From an uncultured Clostridia bacterium (GTDB taxonomy: Bacteria > Bacillota > Clostridia > Christensenellales > UBA1242): DNA of 64,000 nucleotides. Below are positions 1 to 9,694 of the stretch, in pieces (position 1 is the stretch's first letter; each line of letters starts with the position of its first letter). The notes under the pieces were generated by a model that was not told the DNA's origin, ran no database searches, and saw nothing but the letters and a program-made list of their open reading frames with translations. The stretch is taken from positions 74,274 through 138,273 of the forward strand of contig CALWRJ010000023.1 of the NCBI GenBank assembly GCA_944383915.1, given 5' to 3'. The position numbers and the translations under genes are program-made.

Positions 1-511
1 ACCCCGCGCAAGACGGCAAGTATTCCGCAACTTTTGTAGTCGAAGCATGTGCACGGTGCATTGTGCCGAACGCATCGTTACAATAAATATCCGCAAGGCT
101 CGCAAGTTTTTTAGCAAATTCGGGGTCGTTTGCCTCTTCACCAGGGTCAAAACGGACATTCTCCATCATTACAACATCGCCCTCTTTCATCGCCCTAACA
201 TATTTAAAAGTATCAGGACCAGCGACATCATCAGTAAGTATTACGGGCTTTTTAAGTAACTCGCGCAAGCGTTCGGCAACAGGCTTTAACGAAAATTCAG
301 CCTTAACCTTACCCTCAGGACGCCCTAGATGGCTAACAATTATAATTTTTGCGCCTTGCTCAATCAAATAATTAATTGTTGGCAAAGTCTCCCTAATTCT
401 TTTATCGTTTGTTATTTGTAAATTTGAGTTTAGGGGCACATTAAAATCAACTCTTAATAGCACCTTTTTACCCTTTAATTCAAAATCTTTTAGTGTTTGT
501 TTATTAAACAT
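1..511 (-). CDS. pgk: phosphoglycerate kinase, N-terminal ~170 codons (C-terminal part runs off the window)
   Basis: Absent from the ORF track because it runs off the edge. The minus-strand ATG at 509-511 is preceded by AGGAGG. My translation [27 protein letters not shown]...[11 protein letters not shown]...[11 protein letters not shown] carries the conserved PGK N-domain motifs. Confidence 0.9.
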   Translation of the reverse strand, partial: MFNKQTLKDFELKGKKVLLRVDFNVPLNSNLQITNDKRIRETLPTINYLIEQGAKIIIVSHLGRPEGKVKAEFSLKPVAERLRELLKKPVILTDDVAGPDTFKYVRAMKEGDVVMMENVRFDPGEEANDPEFAKKLASLADIYCNDAFGTMHRAHASTTKVAEYLPSCAG

Positions 512-521
512 TTTTTACCTC

Positions 522-2171
522 CTAACCTGACAAAACTCCAAGTTTTACCGAAATATTTACTAAATCTGCATTAATGTCTTCGAATATCGAAACGATTGAA
601 AAAAACAAATCATTGTTGTGCGAGTAATGCCCCGTTTTGCGATATTCGGAAAATGTCGATTTTTTGACTTTTTGGCACAACGAGAAAATTCGCTTGTTGC
701 TCTCCATTGCGCTTTTTAAAACTTTGTTTTCAAGATTTTCACCATTCATAAGGCTTTCGATTAAATCACTATCTAGTACATATAAATTGTTGATTTCCTC
801 AAATATTTTTATAAGTTCTTTTGACTGTTTATCATACAAATTTTTAGTTTTTTTAAGGACTTCGCTTCCTTCACTATATAGTATTCCCGCGCGATCGCTC
901 AAATACAAAATATCGTTTAGAATATTTAACAAAACATTAATTTTAGGTAGTTGACTCTCGCCCGCTTTACTTGACAGCCTAATCGCGTTGTTTGAAGTAA
1001 TTTTTATCACCTTATTTAAGCCTTTTAGTTTACCACTCAAACCGCGCGTGTCTTTTTTTTCAACAATTCGAGTAACGAGTTGCGCCTGTAAATCGCGCAT
1101 CATTTCCAAAAGTTTTTTGGTAGATTTGAGTAAAGACGGATAGCCGACACTAAACACCGCGACTGCGCTATCTGGTAAAGAAAATTCGCTATAAATATCG
1201 TCTTTCGATTTTTTCGCAGGCATTATTTTTATCATCATTTCGGACAAATATTTTGTAAAAGGTAAAAGTATAAGGCTTGGAATAGTCATTTGGACCATAT
1301 GTACTACAATTAAGGTCATCGTTGCATTTTCGTTAAACGCATTATAGATTGCCGAAGTAAAGGGCGTAAAGTAAAGCCAAAACAGAATTAGGAAGGAAAA
1401 TATTCTAAAAAGCAAATGGAATGTCGCCACGCGCTTTGCTTCAATTGTTTGCCCAGAAATTGTGTATACGAAATCAGAAAGCGCACAACCAACACCGACT
1501 GCCAACATTCCTAAAAATGCCGTATCAATGCTAATAGGTCCAGCACCAGCAGTCGCGCCAACTAGGGCAACTAAAACAGTTAAACTTGCAAATGTGCTAG
1601 TCGTCAAAAAACTAATCACAAGCCCAATTACTATTACAACTATCGGACTGCTTATACTACTTAAAAAGTTGTATACATTAGACAACGCAAATATTTCTGC
1701 CGAGTACCTACCTACAAGTTCGATACCTAAAAATAGCATACCAAAGCCCACGAGCGCTTGCCCTAACAACTTTGCTTTTTGCGATGTGAAAAAGAGTGAA
1801 ATTAGAGCACCAATCAAGCATAGAAGGGATAAATAAAGCGTCAAATTAAGCCCTTCAAACATCATTAACACCATCGAAAGCGCGCTACCAAAACTAATTC
1901 CTAGCACAAAGGCGATACTTTGGCGCTGACTAATTGTCCCCACATCGACAAACCCCATTATCATACCGCACGCAAGAGTCGCTTTTTGAGTCGCAAATGT
2001 CAGCCCACTGCTTACTAAATAACTTCGCACAGTGCTATTCGCTACGCGCGTAAAGTGTTTACCAAAACTCGAGCCTAGTACCGTCTCAAAAGACCTACTA
2101 AAAAGGGACATACCGTATAAAAGTATGCCTAAGCCAGCAAGCGCTATAATTACCATATAAAGAACGCTCAT
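522..2171 (-). CDS. Na/Pi-cotransporter family membrane protein with a soluble helical (PhoU-like) C-terminal region
   Basis: 549-aa ORF. The first ~330 aa are polytopic and hydrophobic, followed by a charged helical tail, an architecture typical of NptA/YjbB-type proteins. Called by overall resemblance only. Confidence 0.6.
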   Translation of the reverse strand: MSVLYMVIIALAGLGILLYGMSLFSRSFETVLGSSFGKHFTRVANSTVRSYLVSSGLTFATQKATLACGMIMGFVDVGTISQRQSIAFVLGISFGSALSMVLMMFEGLNLTLYLSLLCLIGALISLFFTSQKAKLLGQALVGFGMLFLGIELVGRYSAEIFALSNVYNFLSSISSPIVVIVIGLVISFLTTSTFASLTVLVALVGATAGAGPISIDTAFLGMLAVGVGCALSDFVYTISGQTIEAKRVATFHLLFRIFSFLILFWLYFTPFTSAIYNAFNENATMTLIVVHMVQMTIPSLILLPFTKYLSEMMIKIMPAKKSKDDIYSEFSLPDSAVAVFSVGYPSLLKSTKKLLEMMRDLQAQLVTRIVEKKDTRGLSGKLKGLNKVIKITSNNAIRLSSKAGESQLPKINVLLNILNDILYLSDRAGILYSEGSEVLKKTKNLYDKQSKELIKIFEEINNLYVLDSDLIESLMNGENLENKVLKSAMESNKRIFSLCQKVKKSTFSEYRKTGHYSHNNDLFFSIVSIFEDINADLVNISVKLGVLSG

Positions 2172-2285
2172 ACTTCTGCCCCTTATCTTACTCTTTCGTA
2201 AAATATAGTTTGTGTAGAATTGCCATTTATATGATACTAAAAAATGAATTTAAAAGCAAACAATTTGACGCCCTTTTTACTATAA

Positions 2286-3215
2286 TTAACTAAATGCGTC
2301 TTTTAACATTTCAATTAATCTCGAGTACTCGTTTACAATATTCAATTCTGCGCGAAGGCTTCTTTTGATATTCGCCCTTTTTAAATACCACGCAAGGTGC
2401 TTTCGCATAAAGGGAATAGCGCGCTTTTCGCCATATTCCTTAACCGCCAAATCATAGTGTTTTAAAAGGACTTTTAGCCTATCTTGTGGAAAATCCGTTC
2501 CCGAAAGTTCGGCAAATATCCACGGGTTACCAAGCGCCCCACGACCGATTGCTACACCGTCTACGCCGTACTCACTCATTACCTTTTTTGCAGTTTCGCT
2601 ATCAAAAACATCACCGTTTAAAATTACAGGAATTTTCACCGCGCTTTTAATTTCTCCAATCATATCCCAATCTGCTACACCGCTATACATTTGCTCGCGC
2701 GTGCGCCCGTGAATTGTTACCATACTCGCCCCTGCGTCTTGACACATTTTTGCAAATTCAAGCGCGTTTTTATGCTCTTTATCCCACCCTAAACGGAATT
2801 TTACCGTAACAGGTTTAGGAGTATTTAGTACGGCGCTTTCTATCACTTTGCTTGAAAGGCTCAAATCCCTCATTAGCGCGCTCCCCATACCGCTTTTTAC
2901 AATTTTCGGCACAGGACACCCCATATTTAAATCAATGGCAATAAAAGGCTCCAACTCTGGCATTTTTACGCAGTCCGCCACAATCTCGGGCTCGTTTGAA
3001 AATAGTTGTATCGCGGTTCTATTGCTTTTACCGATATGGAGAAGTTCGAGAGTATTTTTTGAGTTGTAAACAAGCCCGCGCGCGCTCACCATTTCGGTTA
3101 CCAACATCCCAGCCCCAGCACCTTCGCACAAATACCTAAAAGGATAATCGGTAAAACTCGCCATAGGCGCAAGCATATAAGGGTTAACTAACTCTAAATC
3201 TTTAATTTTCATCAT
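2286..3215 (-). CDS. dusB: tRNA-dihydrouridine synthase
   Basis: 309-aa ORF. LAPMASFTDYPFR, IDLNMGCP and TIHGRTREQMY are hallmark Dus (TIM-barrel flavoenzyme) motifs. The start is ambiguous between the adjacent ATGs at 3215 and 3212. Confidence 0.85.
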   Translation of the reverse strand: MMKIKDLELVNPYMLAPMASFTDYPFRYLCEGAGAGMLVTEMVSARGLVYNSKNTLELLHIGKSNRTAIQLFSNEPEIVADCVKMPELEPFIAIDLNMGCPVPKIVKSGMGSALMRDLSLSSKVIESAVLNTPKPVTVKFRLGWDKEHKNALEFAKMCQDAGASMVTIHGRTREQMYSGVADWDMIGEIKSAVKIPVILNGDVFDSETAKKVMSEYGVDGVAIGRGALGNPWIFAELSGTDFPQDRLKVLLKHYDLAVKEYGEKRAIPFMRKHLAWYLKRANIKRSLRAELNIVNEYSRLIEMLKDAFS

Positions 3216-3228
3216 TCACCTATATAAC

Positions 3229-3251
3229 AAAAAAGAGTGCAACTTGCACTC
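3229..3251 (-). terminator. intrinsic terminator after hup
   Basis: GAGTGC/GCACTC stem at 3235-3251, followed on the minus strand by TTTTTT (3229-3234). Confidence 0.7.
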
Positions 3252-3262
3252 CTTCAAAAAAT

Positions 3263-3538
3263 TTATGCATTTACAGCGTCTTTAAGACCTTTACCAGCCT
3301 TGAATGCAGGAACCTTGCATGCTGGAATCTTAATAGAAGCACCAGTAGCAGGGTTTACACCTGTACGAGCAGCGCGAACGCGTGCTTCGAATTGACCAAA
3401 ACCAGTCAAAACAATCTTGTTGCCTTCCTTCATTTGTTCTTGAATAACTTCTAGTACAGCGTTGACAACCTTTGCAGTGTCAAGTTGACTAAAACCTACC
3501 TTTTCGGCAACGGCTGAAATAAATTCTTGTTTGTTCAT
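3263..3538 (-). CDS. hup: HU family DNA-binding protein
   Basis: MNKQEFISAVAEKVG...GFGQFEARVRAARTGVNPATGASIKIPACKVPAFKAGKGLKDAV is a canonical 91-aa HU. I trimmed the ORF-track start (3598) to the ATG at 3536-3538, which lies 9 nt after GGAGA. Confidence 0.92.
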   Translation of the reverse strand: MNKQEFISAVAEKVGFSQLDTAKVVNAVLEVIQEQMKEGNKIVLTGFGQFEARVRAARTGVNPATGASIKIPACKVPAFKAGKGLKDAVNA

Positions 3539-3639
3539 TACCATTTTCTCCTTTTTGTAATGTACTTTGATTATAGCATAAAAACTCGGCTTCTCCAAAC
3601 GATTTTAGCAATTTTTAATTAAATTTAGCAAAAAAAGCC

Positions 3640-3930
3640 CTAATTTTGCCCCAAATTATGCCGAAAATGGCGTTTTAGCGAGTTTGAAGGCGTAAATTTG
3701 GGTAAAAATCGCGCTGGCAAAACCCGTTTGTTGCTTGTAAGATTAGAAAAAAGTGTAGACTTTTTATAGTACTTTGCGAAAAATTTTCCAAAGCCATAAA
3801 TAGTCACAATCTCTCCACGAAGCATCGCAAGGGTAACAATTTCCATAAAATTATCAATTACACTTTTACTCAAACTATGCGAAATCTCACAGCGCTTCGC
3901 TAAACTTCTAATCAAATCACTTTTATTCAT
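3640..3930 (-). CDS. divergent HU/IHF-like DNA-binding protein
   Basis: MNKSDLIRSLAKRCEIS...IYGFGKFFAKYY...VLPARFLPKFTPSNSLK follows the HU/IHF fold pattern. The arm motif R-N-P-x-T is replaced by S-N-L-T-S (no proline). No Shine-Dalgarno sequence is visible upstream of the ATG. Confidence 0.55.
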   Translation of the reverse strand: MNKSDLIRSLAKRCEISHSLSKSVIDNFMEIVTLAMLRGEIVTIYGFGKFFAKYYKKSTLFSNLTSNKRVLPARFLPKFTPSNSLKRHFRHNLGQN

Positions 3931-3978
3931 AATACTAATTATTGACTAAACTATTAAGTTTAAAACTAGCGTTTTAAA

Positions 3979-4372
3979 AATTAGCAATTAGAAATTAGGA
4001 ATTAGGGAGCGCTAGCGCGTATATGCGCGTAGCGCAAATTAGGAATTAGGAATTAGTAATTAGGAATTAGGAATTAAGGAGATATTATCTAAAATAATAT
4101 AATTAAATAATTTTTTGCCTTAATTCAAAGTTCAGCCGTGAGCCATTCACTTATGACAATTACTCTAACAATCGTCTGGCTTTCCGTATGCATTGCATAC
4201 TCCAAGGCAAAATTCAAAATTGCGCGTAGCCAAAGGCGAAGCGTACGCGCGCTTGCGCGCAAGCAATAGGTTTTAATATAATTTAGTGTTAACATAATAA
4301 AGAAATCCAATAAAATCTACGGGCTTCCGCGCGCTTGCGCGCTATTGGGAGTGCGCCTTCGCACCGCACCGC
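3979..4372. repeat. mosaic intergenic repeat block R1
   Basis: AATTAGN heptad arrays at 3979-4006 and 4037-4078, the AT-rich core 4075-4125, the 77-nt structured core 4131-4207, and GC hairpins (GCGCGCTTGCGCGC occurs twice). Confidence 0.9.
4131..4207 (-). repeat. conserved ~80-nt structured core of the composite repeat, copy B (inverted)
   Basis: Its reverse complement aligns with copy A over the full length, with about 10 differences. These include a paired G:C to A:T change in the first stem. Confidence 0.75.
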
Positions 4373-4391
4373 GCGTAGCGGAAAAAGTAAC

Positions 4392-4414
4392 AAAAAGGCT
4401 AGCGCTTGCGCTAG
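4392..4414 (-). terminator. intrinsic terminator after the flippase gene
   Basis: CTAGC-GCAA-GCTAG hairpin at 4399-4414, followed on the minus strand by CCTTTTTG. Confidence 0.55.
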
Positions 4415-4450
4415 AATTTTTGCTTAAAAATTTATTTTTGATATAAAAAA

Positions 4451-6115
4451 TTAAATTTTTCTATTTCTTAATTTTAAAGATTTGAGCATTTGCTTTGGAG
4501 AAACTTGCCCAAAAAGCCACAAAGTAAAAAGATACAAAACCGCACTTCCTAGTATGCCGAGAATTAGTTTTAAGTTTAAAGATATAGGAAGTAATAATAT
4601 ATTTAAGGAATAAAAGACGATTAGCACCACCCCAGCAACGCTCGGTGTTAGTTTTTTGTATTCAAACTTAAAACCGAGTTTTTTCCTTAAATAGATTGCG
4701 TTTAGCAAAGTAGCAACAGCATAAAAGGCGAGATTTGATAGCGCGCAACCGTAAATATTAAAGTGCGGATTGCGGACAAGCAAAACGGTTAACAAAACTT
4801 TCAAAACGCCAGCAAGTATCATATTTATCATAGTTGCCCTACCGTAGCCCAGCCCTTGTAGACTGCTATTTTGGACTTGCAAAATCGAGCCCAACACCAC
4901 AATCGGCGCGCTCACGGTTAGCAAATTTGCCGAAATTCGATTAAATACCGCCCCGCCTAATGTGTTTTGGTATACAAATTGAGTAATTAGTTGCGGATAA
5001 AGTACAAAGACAAAAGCAACAGGCAAGGCAAGAAGTATGCACAAAAGAAGCGCTTGATTAATTTTTTCAATTGAAGCCGAATTATCTTTTAATCTTGCCA
5101 CTGCTGGCACAATGGATATTGCCACGGCAAGACTTAGAGCAACCGGCATATTAATTAGGCTTGTAACAACTCCGCTCTCTATCCCCCACAACTGCGTACT
5201 CGCGCTTTCGGTAAACCCAGCGCGCCCTAAAAGATTCACCACCAAGAAACTATCAATCATCACAATTAGCGGAAGTGTAATGCTCGCTAAAACTATCGGC
5301 ACACTCGTTTTTATCAACTCACGGAAAATGGCGCTATTTTTCGCACTTCTTTTCGTATTAATACTTTTTGTGTCCTTCCGTTTTAAGAAAATGCTAGATT
5401 TATAATTTAATTTTCGTTCTACACTATATCTATTTATATTATGTACAGTACTATGCACCCCGTTTTGCGCAGAGTTAAGGTTAGATTTCTTATCTTTTAG
5501 ATAAATAATGCATAGCACTAAAACCGCCAAAATTTCACTTATTGTTACCCCTAAAATCGCACCGAACGCGCCATATTCGATGCCGTAACCTATTAAAAGA
5601 TACGCGCCTAACAATCCAAAGGCAAGTTTCCCCGCCTGCTCGATAATTTGGCTTAACGCGGTCGGCGTCATATTACTTTGCCCTTGAAAGTATCCACGAA
5701 AGACGCTTAAAATACACACAAAAAAGACGGCTGGCGCAATTCCTAAATATCCAAGGCTACATAATGTGTTCCCTTGTAGGTTTGCAAGCCCTTGTGCCGA
5801 TAGTAACAATATCAAACTAAAAACCGCGCCAACAATAGCCATAAAAATCAAACTTACGCGAAAAACTTGTTGTACGCCCCTTTTATCTCCGCGCTCCTTT
5901 CGTTCTGCCACCATTTTACTAATCGAAGTCGGCATACCACTGCTAGCAAGCACAATTAAGAGCGAAAACACAGGAAAAACAAGTTGATAAAGCCCCAACC
6001 CCTCGGTGCCGAGTATCCAAGTTAGCGGAACGCGGAAAACCGCCCCCAAGACCTTTGCGAGCAAACCACCAATAAATAGGACAAATACACCGCCGAAAAA
6101 AGTTTGTGATTTCAT
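4451..6115 (-). CDS. MOP-superfamily polysaccharide/lipid II flippase (SpoVB/MurJ/YtgP-like)
   Basis: 554-aa polytopic ORF. The N-terminus GGLLAKVLGAVFRVPLTWILGTEGLGLYQLVFPVF is typical of this family. It has a long basic central loop. Confidence 0.7.
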   Translation of the reverse strand: MKSQTFFGGVFVLFIGGLLAKVLGAVFRVPLTWILGTEGLGLYQLVFPVFSLLIVLASSGMPTSISKMVAERKERGDKRGVQQVFRVSLIFMAIVGAVFSLILLLSAQGLANLQGNTLCSLGYLGIAPAVFFVCILSVFRGYFQGQSNMTPTALSQIIEQAGKLAFGLLGAYLLIGYGIEYGAFGAILGVTISEILAVLVLCIIYLKDKKSNLNSAQNGVHSTVHNINRYSVERKLNYKSSIFLKRKDTKSINTKRSAKNSAIFRELIKTSVPIVLASITLPLIVMIDSFLVVNLLGRAGFTESASTQLWGIESGVVTSLINMPVALSLAVAISIVPAVARLKDNSASIEKINQALLLCILLALPVAFVFVLYPQLITQFVYQNTLGGAVFNRISANLLTVSAPIVVLGSILQVQNSSLQGLGYGRATMINMILAGVLKVLLTVLLVRNPHFNIYGCALSNLAFYAVATLLNAIYLRKKLGFKFEYKKLTPSVAGVVLIVFYSLNILLLPISLNLKLILGILGSAVLYLFTLWLFGQVSPKQMLKSLKLRNRKI

Positions 6116-6181
6116 ACTCTTATTTTTGGCTATTACAAAATATTTATACTTATAACTACGCTATTTTTGTTAATTTATAAA

Positions 6182-6206
6182 TAAAAAAAGATAACCGAAG
6201 TTATCT
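6182..6206 (-). terminator. intrinsic terminator after glmM (overlaps the stop codon)
   Basis: AGATAAC-TTCG-GTTATCT hairpin at 6189-6206, then a T7 run on the minus strand. Confidence 0.75.
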
Positions 6207-7542
6207 AAATTCTGTTTATTTTCTCAACAATTTTTGCGCACAGTTTATCAAGTTTTTCCTTTTCTCGCCCTTCGACAAGGACGCGCACGACACTTTCCGT
6301 TCCGCTAGGTCTAACTACAATTCGCCCATTAGTTCCTAGTTCGTTCTCAATTTCGCTAACAAAATCATCGAGTACACCCTTCTCAACTTCGATTTTTTGC
6401 CTTTCGCTCACCGCAACATCGGCATTAGCAATAATTGTGCGGTTTAGCCCTTTTAAAAGTTCGGCTAAACTTGTCTGTTTCTCAATTAAAATCTTTAAAA
6501 GCATTAGCGAAGTCGTTAGCCCGCACGATTCAAACCAAACATCGCTAAACATAATGTGTCCGTTCTCCTCACCACCGAGATTGTACCCCTTTTCCACCAT
6601 TTCGCGCTCAATATACTGTCCGCCAACATTTGTGCGCAAAAGTTGAATACCTAGTTCGTTTAGGCTTGTTTCAAGTCCGCAGTTTGTGATAATTGTAGAA
6701 ACAACGGTATTGTCCTTTAATTCGCCCTTTTCTTTTAAATATTTAGCGAATATGTACATTATATCCGTACCGTCATAAATTGTGCCATCACGCGAAACGA
6801 CTAACACCCTATCGGCGTCACCGTCATACGAAAAGCCGATGTCCGCCCCGCAAGACTTTACGAGTGGCGCAAAATTTTCTATATACACACTGCCACAATC
6901 AGCGTTTATCTCCCTTCCGTCAAGCGAATTGTTAAAACTTATCACCTGCGCGCCTAAAAACTTTAAAGTATACGGAATCACCGCACTTCCAGCGCCATTT
7001 GCTGTATCAATAGCAACTTTTATTCCGTTTAGTTTTGGCATTTTTAGACTATTTAATATATGGTCTACCCAAAGGCGAAGTAAGTCGTCATTCACTTCTT
7101 GACTGCCAATATTACTCGCTTCAACCCCGCGATAACTGTCTAGTTCGAAGTAAATTTTTTCTATTTCGCCCTGTTCTTTTTCGCTTAACTTTAAGCCGTT
7201 AGAGTCAAAAAGTTTGATGCCGTTATGATTTGCTGGATTGTGGCTCGCGGTAATCATAACGCCCGCATCAACATCAAGCGCACTCGTTAAATACGAAAGC
7301 GCTGGTGTTGGCAGTACTCCTGGCATAATCGCACTAAACCCCATTTCGTTTAGCCCAGCAACAAAAGCACTGCGAAGCATTGGCCCAGACACTCGCGTAT
7401 CAATGCCAACTAAAACTTTGTGATATTTGGCAGATTTTGAAATTTCGATTGCCAAAGGCTTACCTATTCCGTAAGCAACAAGTGGCGTAATTTTTTCGTT
7501 TGCAATTCCTCTTATTCCATCTGTACCAAATAATTTCCCCAT
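6205..7542 (-). CDS. glmM: phosphoglucosamine mutase
   Basis: MGKLFGTDGIRG start, TASHNPANHNGIK phosphoserine loop, and a 445-aa length. Confidence 0.92.
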   Translation of the reverse strand: MGKLFGTDGIRGIANEKITPLVAYGIGKPLAIEISKSAKYHKVLVGIDTRVSGPMLRSAFVAGLNEMGFSAIMPGVLPTPALSYLTSALDVDAGVMITASHNPANHNGIKLFDSNGLKLSEKEQGEIEKIYFELDSYRGVEASNIGSQEVNDDLLRLWVDHILNSLKMPKLNGIKVAIDTANGAGSAVIPYTLKFLGAQVISFNNSLDGREINADCGSVYIENFAPLVKSCGADIGFSYDGDADRVLVVSRDGTIYDGTDIMYIFAKYLKEKGELKDNTVVSTIITNCGLETSLNELGIQLLRTNVGGQYIEREMVEKGYNLGGEENGHIMFSDVWFESCGLTTSLMLLKILIEKQTSLAELLKGLNRTIIANADVAVSERQKIEVEKGVLDDFVSEIENELGTNGRIVVRPSGTESVVRVLVEGREKEKLDKLCAKIVEKINRI

Positions 7543-7546
7543 ATGC

Positions 7547-8482
7547 CTAACCTTTTATTTTTTTTGCATACATAGCAGAATTAGTGCCGGCAATTGCACC
7601 GTCAGCAACGGCTGTGGTGATTTGCCTTAAATTTTTATCAACAATATCGCCCGCAGCAAAAACGCCCGAAATATTTGTTTCCATATTCGCTTTTACCACG
7701 ATATAACCGTTATTTAGCGTAATTTTTCCGTCTAGCATTTCGGTATTTGGATTGCGCCCAATCGCGACAAAGACACCGTCAACTGCAATTTTTTCCGTAA
7801 CATTCGACACAACATTGCGCAAAGTCAAACTTTCGACCTTGTCGTGCCCGTTTATGCTATCAACCACGCAGTCAAGTTTTTTAATAATGTTGGAATTTTC
7901 CTTATTTATTAAATTTTCGACTTCGTTTACTGTCGCCTGGTCGGCTCTAAACTCTTGCCTACGATGAATTAAATATAGTTTTTTAACAAGTGGCGCAAGG
8001 TAGACAACATCGCCTAGTGCGGTATTTCCACCGCCAACGACTGCGACAGTCTTATCTTTAAAAAACGCTCCGTCACAAACAGCGCAATAACTCAATCCTT
8101 TGCCGATAAAATCTTTTTCGTTCTTGACACCAAGCCCGCGCGAGTATGCTCCCATACTTAATATGACGGAATACCCCTTATATGTTACTCCACCAGCAAC
8201 AACTTCCTTTATATTACCCTCTAGTTTTAGCAAATCAACTTGCGCAAAAATCGTGTCGACTCCTAGCCCTTGCGCCTGCTCAAACATTGACTGACTCAAC
8301 ATAAAGCCGTCAATAGACTTAAACCCAGGGTAGTTTACAATATTTCCTGTAATCGCAACTTGTCCGCCAACGCCCGCCTTTTCAATTAGTAGTACACTTG
8401 CTCCCGCGCGCGTTGCGTAAATTCCAGCGGTCATTCCAGCAGGACCGCCACCGATAATTATTACATCATAAATTTCTTGCAT
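7547..8482 (-). CDS. trxB: thioredoxin-disulfide reductase
   Basis: YDVIIIGGGPAGMTAG FAD motif, CAVCDG redox centre, and a second GGGNTA dinucleotide motif. Start trimmed from 8551 to the ATG at 8480-8482, which follows GGAGGAAG. The stop is 4 nt from the glmM start. Confidence 0.92.
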   Translation of the reverse strand: MQEIYDVIIIGGGPAGMTAGIYATRAGASVLLIEKAGVGGQVAITGNIVNYPGFKSIDGFMLSQSMFEQAQGLGVDTIFAQVDLLKLEGNIKEVVAGGVTYKGYSVILSMGAYSRGLGVKNEKDFIGKGLSYCAVCDGAFFKDKTVAVVGGGNTALGDVVYLAPLVKKLYLIHRRQEFRADQATVNEVENLINKENSNIIKKLDCVVDSINGHDKVESLTLRNVVSNVTEKIAVDGVFVAIGRNPNTEMLDGKITLNNGYIVVKANMETNISGVFAAGDIVDKNLRQITTAVADGAIAGTNSAMYAKKIKG

Positions 8483-8510
8483 AACTTCCTCCGTATATCT
8501 AATTTCTACT

Positions 8511-8538
8511 ATTATACAAAAAAAATGCCATTTTACAA
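8511..8538 (-). promoter_or_regulatory. sigma-70-type promoter of trxB-glmM
   Basis: On the minus strand, TTGTAA (8533-8538), a 16-nt spacer ending in TG, then TATAAT (8511-8516). Confidence 0.65.
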
Positions 8539-8766
8539 AGTAAAACAGCATAAAAATTATTTTTTATTGTTTCGGTTGCGCTTTATTGCTTCGCTATCAT
8601 CGATTAAGTAATTTTTGTTCAACTCGGCTTGCGGTGGCACAAATTTGGTAATTTGGACTTTTTCTTTGTGATTGTGAAGCGCTTTCATACTGTAAATTCG
8701 TGTCAAAAAGGCTCTTTATTACATAGAAAATTATTTTTAGCAAAGTATATTGTAAGGAGGTATAAA

Positions 8767-9207
8767 ATGCAAAGAGATACAGAATTACTAACAAGCATTT
8801 ATCAAAACTGCCAGACCGCAATTCAAAGTATAAACGACATCGAGCCCGAAGTGAAAAACAAGGAATTGCGCGCGGAACTTCGTGAAGAGTTATCTCACTA
8901 CACCGAGTTTAGCAAGCGTTGTGAGCAAATTTTAGGCGCCAAAGATGATTTGCCCGACAACAACATTTTTGAAAAGGCGCGCTTGTGGACTTCGATAAAG
9001 ATGACCACCCTTTTTGACAAGTCGACAAGACACCTTGCCGAAATGTTGCTACTCGGTACAGTTATGGGCACTTTGCAATGTTACAAAGATTTGAGCGATT
9101 ACAGAGATTGCGACCACGACTTACTAACTCTTTGCGGAGATTTACAAAAAATGGAAGAGGACCATTTCAATTATTTAAAAATGTTTTTGCAAAAAAATAT
9201 TGATTAA
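8767..9207 (+). CDS. hypothetical helical protein (146 aa)
   Basis: The ATG at 8767 is preceded by AAGGAGG, so the ORF-track start at 8629 is probably too far upstream. I recognise no family. Confidence 0.55.
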   Translation: MQRDTELLTSIYQNCQTAIQSINDIEPEVKNKELRAELREELSHYTEFSKRCEQILGAKDDLPDNNIFEKARLWTSIKMTTLFDKSTRHLAEMLLLGTVMGTLQCYKDLSDYRDCDHDLLTLCGDLQKMEEDHFNYLKMFLQKNID

Positions 9208-9241
9208 CTTTTGCATTTGGTACTTCATCTACAAAAAAGTA

Positions 9242-9270
9242 AAAGCATACTATCAAAAAAAGTATGCTTT
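9242..9270. terminator. bidirectional terminator between the convergent 146-aa ORF and acpP
   Basis: AAAGCATACT ... AGTATGCTTT 10-bp stem with T-rich flanks on both strands. Confidence 0.65.
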
Positions 9271-9278
9271 TTAATATA

Positions 9279-9518
9279 TTATTCCTTATTTTGTACTCTG
9301 TTTTCAATATAATCAACAAGTTTTCCAACAGTGTCAAGATTTTTAACATCATCATCAGGTACAGTGATGTCGTACTTGTCTTCTAACGCAATAAGCATTT
9401 CCACCATATCAAGCGAGTCAGTGTGCAAGTCCTCGATAATTTTAGAATCGCGAGTAATGGCGGTCTTGTCGATGTTTAATTGTTCTGACAATAAATCTGT
9501 AATTTCATCGTAAATCAT
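9279..9518 (-). CDS. acpP: acyl carrier protein
   Basis: 79 aa, acidic, with the phosphopantetheine site motif LHTDSLDMVE. AAGGAG lies upstream. Confidence 0.88.
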   Translation of the reverse strand: MIYDEITDLLSEQLNIDKTAITRDSKIIEDLHTDSLDMVEMLIALEDKYDITVPDDDVKNLDTVGKLVDYIENRVQNKE

Positions 9519-9604
9519 ACTACACTCCTTTTTCCATTAGTGTTTATATACTATCATATAAAAAAATAATTGTAAAGTAAATTTAACTTTTTTGCCAAGT
9601 ATTT

Positions 9605-9630
9605 TAAAAAATAAGCCGTAAAAGGCTTAT
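9605..9630 (-). terminator. intrinsic terminator after the LRR gene
   Basis: ATAAGCC-GTAAAA-GGCTTAT hairpin with a T run on the minus strand. Confidence 0.6.
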
Positions 9631-9694
9631 TTTTAATTAAAATCGTGATTTTTACTGTTGCTTTGTTTAGATATTTTTTTATTAAATTATCATA

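Noticed and set aside
3539-3598. N-terminal extensions in the ORF track for hup (also trxB 8483-8551, aspS 22806-22853, cysS 18848-18859 and the 146-aa ORF 8629-8766)
   Set aside because: Internal ATGs with proper Shine-Dalgarno spacing coincide with the conserved family N-termini. The extensions overlap promoter-like sequence.
3979-4078. Heptad arrays considered as a CRISPR array
   Set aside because: The period is 7 nt with no unique spacers. Units are far shorter than CRISPR repeats, and no cas genes are in the window.
4037-4078. TTAGGAA/AATTAGG arrays resemble 7-mer telomere repeats
   Set aside because: They are internal, interspersed at many loci in both orientations, and mixed with AATTAGC and AATTTTG variants. 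The resemblance is coincidental.
4075-4125. The AAGGAG at the edge of the AT-rich repeat core considered as an RBS for a micro-ORF
   Set aside because: No start codon follows at a usable distance in any copy, and the motif occurs in both orientations relative to local transcription.
4125-4310. 61-aa minus-strand ORF inside repeat block R1
   Set aside because: It lies entirely within repeat modules (the structured core plus GC hairpins), has no RBS, and its frame is not preserved in the second copy of the composite unit.
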